Assembly: GCA_965249275.1 (NCBI GenBank) | Contig: CBDFLQ010000003.1 | Coordinates: 1-10,318 of the forward strand | Direction of reading: 5' to 3' | Source of the DNA: Dehalococcoidia bacterium | Lineage (GTDB): Bacteria; Chloroflexota; Dehalococcoidia; Plut-88900 | DNA: 10,318 nt | Shown: in pieces, positions 7,283-10,318 of the stretch | Position numbering within the stretch: the first letter of the stretch is position 1 | Layout of the letters: every line of letters begins with the position of its first letter | Translations under genes and position numbers: made by a program | Notes under the pieces: generated by a model | Databases searched by the model: none | What the model was told of the DNA's origin: nothing | What the model saw: the letters and a program-made list of their open reading frames with translations, nothing else

Positions 7283-7729
7283 ATGGCCCAAGCCGGAGCG
7301 ACTACCATCCGAAAAGGCGATACCGCCCCTACCCTCACCCGCACCATCACCGAGGAGATGGTCATCGCCTACGAAAACCTCTTCGAGAGAATAGCCGCCC
7401 GCAGCGATTGGAAGGCCAGCTTCCACGCCGACCGTGAAGCCGCCTCCCAGACCATGTACCAGGAGCCCATAGCCCAGGGCGTCCTCACCGAGGCCCTCTT
7501 CTCCGTCCTCCTCACCCGCTGGCTCCCCGACCCCAAAGGCTGGATCGAAGGCGGTACGCTGACCACCAAGTTCATCGCCCCCGTCTGGTACGGAGACACC
7601 CTAACCTACAACGCAGAAGTCTCCGAAGTCGAAGACACCACCCCCCGCCCCACCGTCCACCTAAACATCTGGGCCGAAGACCAGCACGGCAAAAAAGTCA
7701 TCGTCGGCGAAGCCACAGCCCTCCTCTAA
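7283..7729 (+). CDS. MaoC family (R)-specific enoyl-CoA hydratase/dehydratase-like protein
   Basis: DWKASFHADREAASQTMYQEPIAQG resembles the D-x-N-x-x-H-x-D...PIAHG motif; KFIAPVWYGDTL and DQHGKKVIVGEA also fit. Start set at ATG 7283 with GAGGAG at 7271-7276. 148 aa. Confidence 0.85.
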   Translation: MAQAGATTIRKGDTAPTLTRTITEEMVIAYENLFERIAARSDWKASFHADREAASQTMYQEPIAQGVLTEALFSVLLTRWLPDPKGWIEGGTLTTKFIAPVWYGDTLTYNAEVSEVEDTTPRPTVHLNIWAEDQHGKKVIVGEATALL

Positions 7730-7754
7730 CCCACGTCCCCTCCTTCCCTCCCCC

Positions 7755-7779
7755 GTATGGGTAGGTCTCGTGCCTACCT
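7755..7779 (+). repeat. REP-like palindrome or weak terminator downstream of the operon
   Basis: GTAT-GGGTAGGTCTCGTGCCTACCT: stem GGTAGG (7760-7765) / CCTACC (7773-7778), 7-nt loop, no real U-tract. Layout resembles GTAG-type REPs. Only one copy is visible. Confidence 0.45.
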
Positions 7780-7842
7780 TCCTGGACCTTCTTCCACCCA
7801 CCTCGCTCTCGCCAGACTCAACGCTAACTACCCTGTCATTCC

Positions 7843-8898
7843 TGTAGATGTCAGGTAATTCGTTGACAGAATTAGAGAGATTTAAGGGTTTGCAAAGGGG
7901 TCTTTCCGTCCATTGCCTGGTGGGGTCTCTGAGTATTGTAGTAGATCAGGTATTGCTGAAGCTCGTCCTTCAGTTCCGAGACCGATTCGAAGGTTGTCCC
8001 CTCCAGCAGGTCCTCGTTCAAGGTTCTCCAGAACCGCTCTATCTTCCCGTTGGTCTGGGGCCTATAAGGGCGGGTGTAGCGGTGCTTTATGCCCAGTTCA
8101 TTGAGCATCCGTTCCATGGGGTGGCCCTCGGTGTTCCTTGGGGAGGCCATCTCGGGGCCGTTGTCGGTGAGGATAGCCTCGAATTGGATGCCGTACTCCG
8201 CATTGAGGAAGTTGATGGACTTCAATACAGCAAACATAACGGAGAGACTCTTGATGTCTCCGACCACTTCGGCCCAGGCCAGACGGGTGTAGGCGTCGAT
8301 GAGGCCCACCAGGTAGTAGCGGTGCTTGGTGCCCACGATGGTATCCCGGCTGAGGTAGTGGCTGTCCAGGTGGCCCAGCTCCCCTGCCCGGGTCTTGATG
8401 ATCTTGCGCTTCGATTGCTGCATCGGCTTTGTGAGCCTATTGAAACCGTGGCGTCTGGTGATGGCGTAGATGGTGGAGGGCTTAGGAGTGTTGTGTTTAA
8501 GGATGGGTTTGAGTATGGCATAGATCTCGTAACGGTTGGTACCGTTAAGGCGCTCGTTGATGACCTTCTGCTCAATGTAGGGCAGGGTGCGGCGGGACTT
8601 CCACCCGGGACCCCGCTTACGGGGGAGGAAGGCGTTGTCGGAGGGGGAGAGGAGGAACCGGTTGTAGTACTTGGCGAAGGTCTGACGGCTAGTGCCGTGG
8701 AAGGAGTAGAAGTCCTGGGCGAAGCGGAAACGGGGATGCTTCCCTGCCTTGACCAGTTGATACTCATGGATGAGGAACCGCCACTTCTGAATGTAGTTCC
8801 GTTCAAGGGTGAGGTCCTTGCTATTGTCTCGCATTCTCGCCTCCAGATTGGTGTTGGCCTCTTATACCAATCTGTCAACGAATTACCTAACACTTACA
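7843..8898 (-). mobile_element. Complete IS481-family insertion sequence, 1056 bp
   Basis: TGT...ACA ends. 28-bp terminal IRs TGTAGATGTCAGGTAATTCGTTGACAGA (7843-7870) and TGTAAGTGTTAGGTAATTCGTTGACAGA (reverse complement of 8871-8898) match at 25/28. 5-bp direct repeat ATTCC at 7838-7842 and 8899-8903. Single transposase ORF. Confidence 0.92.
7872..8834 (-). CDS. IS481-family DDE transposase (rve integrase core)
   Basis: DDE triad in GELGHLD, ILTDNGPE and PQTNGKIERFWRT, plus YYNTQRPHQAMDGKTP. GGAGG at 8840-8844. Intact, 320 aa, stop codon adjacent to the IR. Confidence 0.95.
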   Translation of the reverse strand: MRDNSKDLTLERNYIQKWRFLIHEYQLVKAGKHPRFRFAQDFYSFHGTSRQTFAKYYNRFLLSPSDNAFLPRKRGPGWKSRRTLPYIEQKVINERLNGTNRYEIYAILKPILKHNTPKPSTIYAITRRHGFNRLTKPMQQSKRKIIKTRAGELGHLDSHYLSRDTIVGTKHRYYLVGLIDAYTRLAWAEVVGDIKSLSVMFAVLKSINFLNAEYGIQFEAILTDNGPEMASPRNTEGHPMERMLNELGIKHRYTRPYRPQTNGKIERFWRTLNEDLLEGTTFESVSELKDELQQYLIYYNTQRPHQAMDGKTPLQTLKSL

Positions 8899-8998
8899 AT
8901 TCCGAGGCCCCGCGAGGAATCTAACGCGCTTCATTAACAATCTGTCTCAGGAAACCCCCTCACCGACTGGCCCCCGAATCCTCTCTTCCTCAACCAGT

Positions 8999-9042
8999 GT
9001 TCAGAGAGATCGGTAACACTCGTTCGGGGACATAGGTAACAC
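8999..9042 (+). repeat. Tandem 21-bp direct repeat resembling a solo IS end
   Basis: GTTCAGAGAGATCGGTAACAC (8999-9019) and GTTCGGGGACATAGGTAACAC (9022-9042) match at 17/21 with a 23-bp period. Confidence 0.6.
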
Positions 9043-9071
9043 ATTCCATAGGGTCACGTTGCAATTCTCCT

Positions 9072-10265
9072 TCACGGAATAACCCCCTCCCCCTTCATCC
9101 CCTCAATCTCATCCCAGGAATACCCACACTCCAGCAGCACCTCTTCCGTATGCTGCCCCGTCTCGGGCGCCGGCCCCCGAGCCCCGTTCTCCGTCGCACT
9201 GAACTTCACCGGAAAGTTAATCGTCCTGTACTCGCCGAACTCCGGGTGCTCCAGCGTCTCAAAAGCCCCAATCGCCTCTGCCTGCGGGTCTTCCGAGACC
9301 TCCAAAAGGTTCTGGATCGGGGCCCAGATCACCTCGTTCTCGGTCAAAAGCGGTGCCCATTCATCCCGGATCTTCGTCGCGAAAATCTTGTCGAACAAAG
9401 CGTTTAGCTCAACGCAATGTTCTAGCAGTCCTTCCACCGTGGAGTACTCCGGCACATTCTCCAGGTCGGCGAGACCCAGGGCCCGACACGTCCGCTGCCA
9501 GTAGGGGTAGGGATTTGGGTTCTCCAAGATCAACCACTTCCCGTCTTTTGCCTGGTACCAGTTCGTAATGGGACTTTCGTTCTCGTGGCGGTAGGGTCTG
9601 CGCTCAGCGTCTCGGCCATTCACCAATGTCCTCTGCAGGTCCGCCCCGATAACCCACAGCCCAGTGCCGAAGAGCGACCCCGACACCTCCTGCCCCTCCC
9701 CCGTCCTCTCCCGGTAGTACAGCGCACCCAGCACCCCCGCCAGCAGTCCCAGCGAAGTGGAATGGTCCCCCATTCCGCCCCGCTGCAGGATGGGAGGTTC
9801 ACCCGGCCATCCCATCAGGTTCATAATCCCCGACCGCGACCAGAATGCCCCGAAGTCCATGCCCAGCCTGTCGTATTGTGGCCCCTTCTCTCCGTACCCC
9901 GTGAAGGAAACATAGATAAGCCGGGAGTTGATGGCCTTCAAGTCTTCGTAGGTAACCGCAAACCTTCGCCTGCGCCTGGGCAGCAGGTTGGTCACGAACA
10001 CGTCCACGCCCTTGGCAATCTTGTGCACTATCTCCTGCGACCGTGGATGACTCAGGTCCAGCGCTATGTCTCTCTTGCCCCGATTGTCCTGCTCGAAAGC
10101 ATAGTTAACCGGGTCTCCTGCACGATACCCCCGCCACGGATCTCCCCTGTGAGGCTCGACCTTTATAACGTCGGCCCCCAGGTCAGACAGCAGAGCCGCC
10201 GCCGCGGGCGCCGCAAGCCAGTTGGCTATTTCCAGGACCTTTATTCCATCAAGTATTCTGGTCAT
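9072..10265 (-). CDS. Family III CoA-transferase (CaiB/BaiF/Frc family)
   Basis: Motifs LDGIKVLE, LSDLGADVIKVEP..GDP.R, NRGKRDIALDL, YVSFTGYGEKGP, GMGD (Asp167, equivalent to the catalytic Asp) and APETGQHTEEVL. 397 aa. Confidence 0.96.
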   Translation of the reverse strand: MTRILDGIKVLEIANWLAAPAAAALLSDLGADVIKVEPHRGDPWRGYRAGDPVNYAFEQDNRGKRDIALDLSHPRSQEIVHKIAKGVDVFVTNLLPRRRRRFAVTYEDLKAINSRLIYVSFTGYGEKGPQYDRLGMDFGAFWSRSGIMNLMGWPGEPPILQRGGMGDHSTSLGLLAGVLGALYYRERTGEGQEVSGSLFGTGLWVIGADLQRTLVNGRDAERRPYRHENESPITNWYQAKDGKWLILENPNPYPYWQRTCRALGLADLENVPEYSTVEGLLEHCVELNALFDKIFATKIRDEWAPLLTENEVIWAPIQNLLEVSEDPQAEAIGAFETLEHPEFGEYRTINFPVKFSATENGARGPAPETGQHTEEVLLECGYSWDEIEGMKGEGVIP

Positions 10266-10299
10266 AGGTTAGAGATGTCCGAGCCGCAAATGCCGGTCA

Positions 10300-10307
10300 A
10301 GTATAAT
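10300..10307. promoter_or_regulatory. Overlapping -10-like hexamers upstream of the CoA-transferase
   Basis: AGTATAAT gives TATACT on - (10305-10300, 34 nt upstream of the ATG) and TATAAT on + (10302-10307). The - strand -35 would lie outside the window. Confidence 0.4.
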
Positions 10308-10318
10308 GGCCTCGGCAA

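Noticed and set aside
7863-8878. TTGACA hexamers in both IS inverted repeats (7863-7868 on +, 8873-8878 on -) as promoters
   Set aside because: Both point inward and neither has a convincing -10 at 16-18 nt. They are more simply part of the transposase-binding IR.
7848-8924. 358-aa + ORF spanning the whole IS antisense to the transposase
   Set aside because: It mirrors the transposase codons, has no RBS or recognisable domain, and runs out of the IS into flanking DNA, so it is unlikely to be an IS-encoded gene.

Overview
GC-rich bacterial chromosomal window. A Chloroflexota origin (Dehalococcoidia/SAR202-like) is inferred from gene content and lipoprotein style and is not proven. Left arm (- strand): a stand-alone trpA, AroH-type chorismate mutase, and a lipoprotein S1C trypsin-like serine protease with a long Pro-Thr linker that runs off the left edge and is missing from the ORF track. 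Divergently transcribed from a near-consensus sigma70 promoter is a six-gene + strand operon: xanthine-dehydrogenase-family molybdoenzyme subunits (FAD, 2x[2Fe-2S], Mo; M-S-L order, but lacking both CODH and XDH signature residues), a MoaD/ThiS-type sulfur carrier ending in GG, and two MaoC/hotdog-fold dehydratase-like genes. A family III (CaiB/BaiF) CoA-transferase converges from the right. The gap between them holds a complete 1056-bp IS481-family element (28-bp IRs, 5-bp ATTCC duplication) that has split a short REP-like palindrome, a second REP-like hairpin, and a tandem 21-bp repeat resembling the relic end of a different IS.
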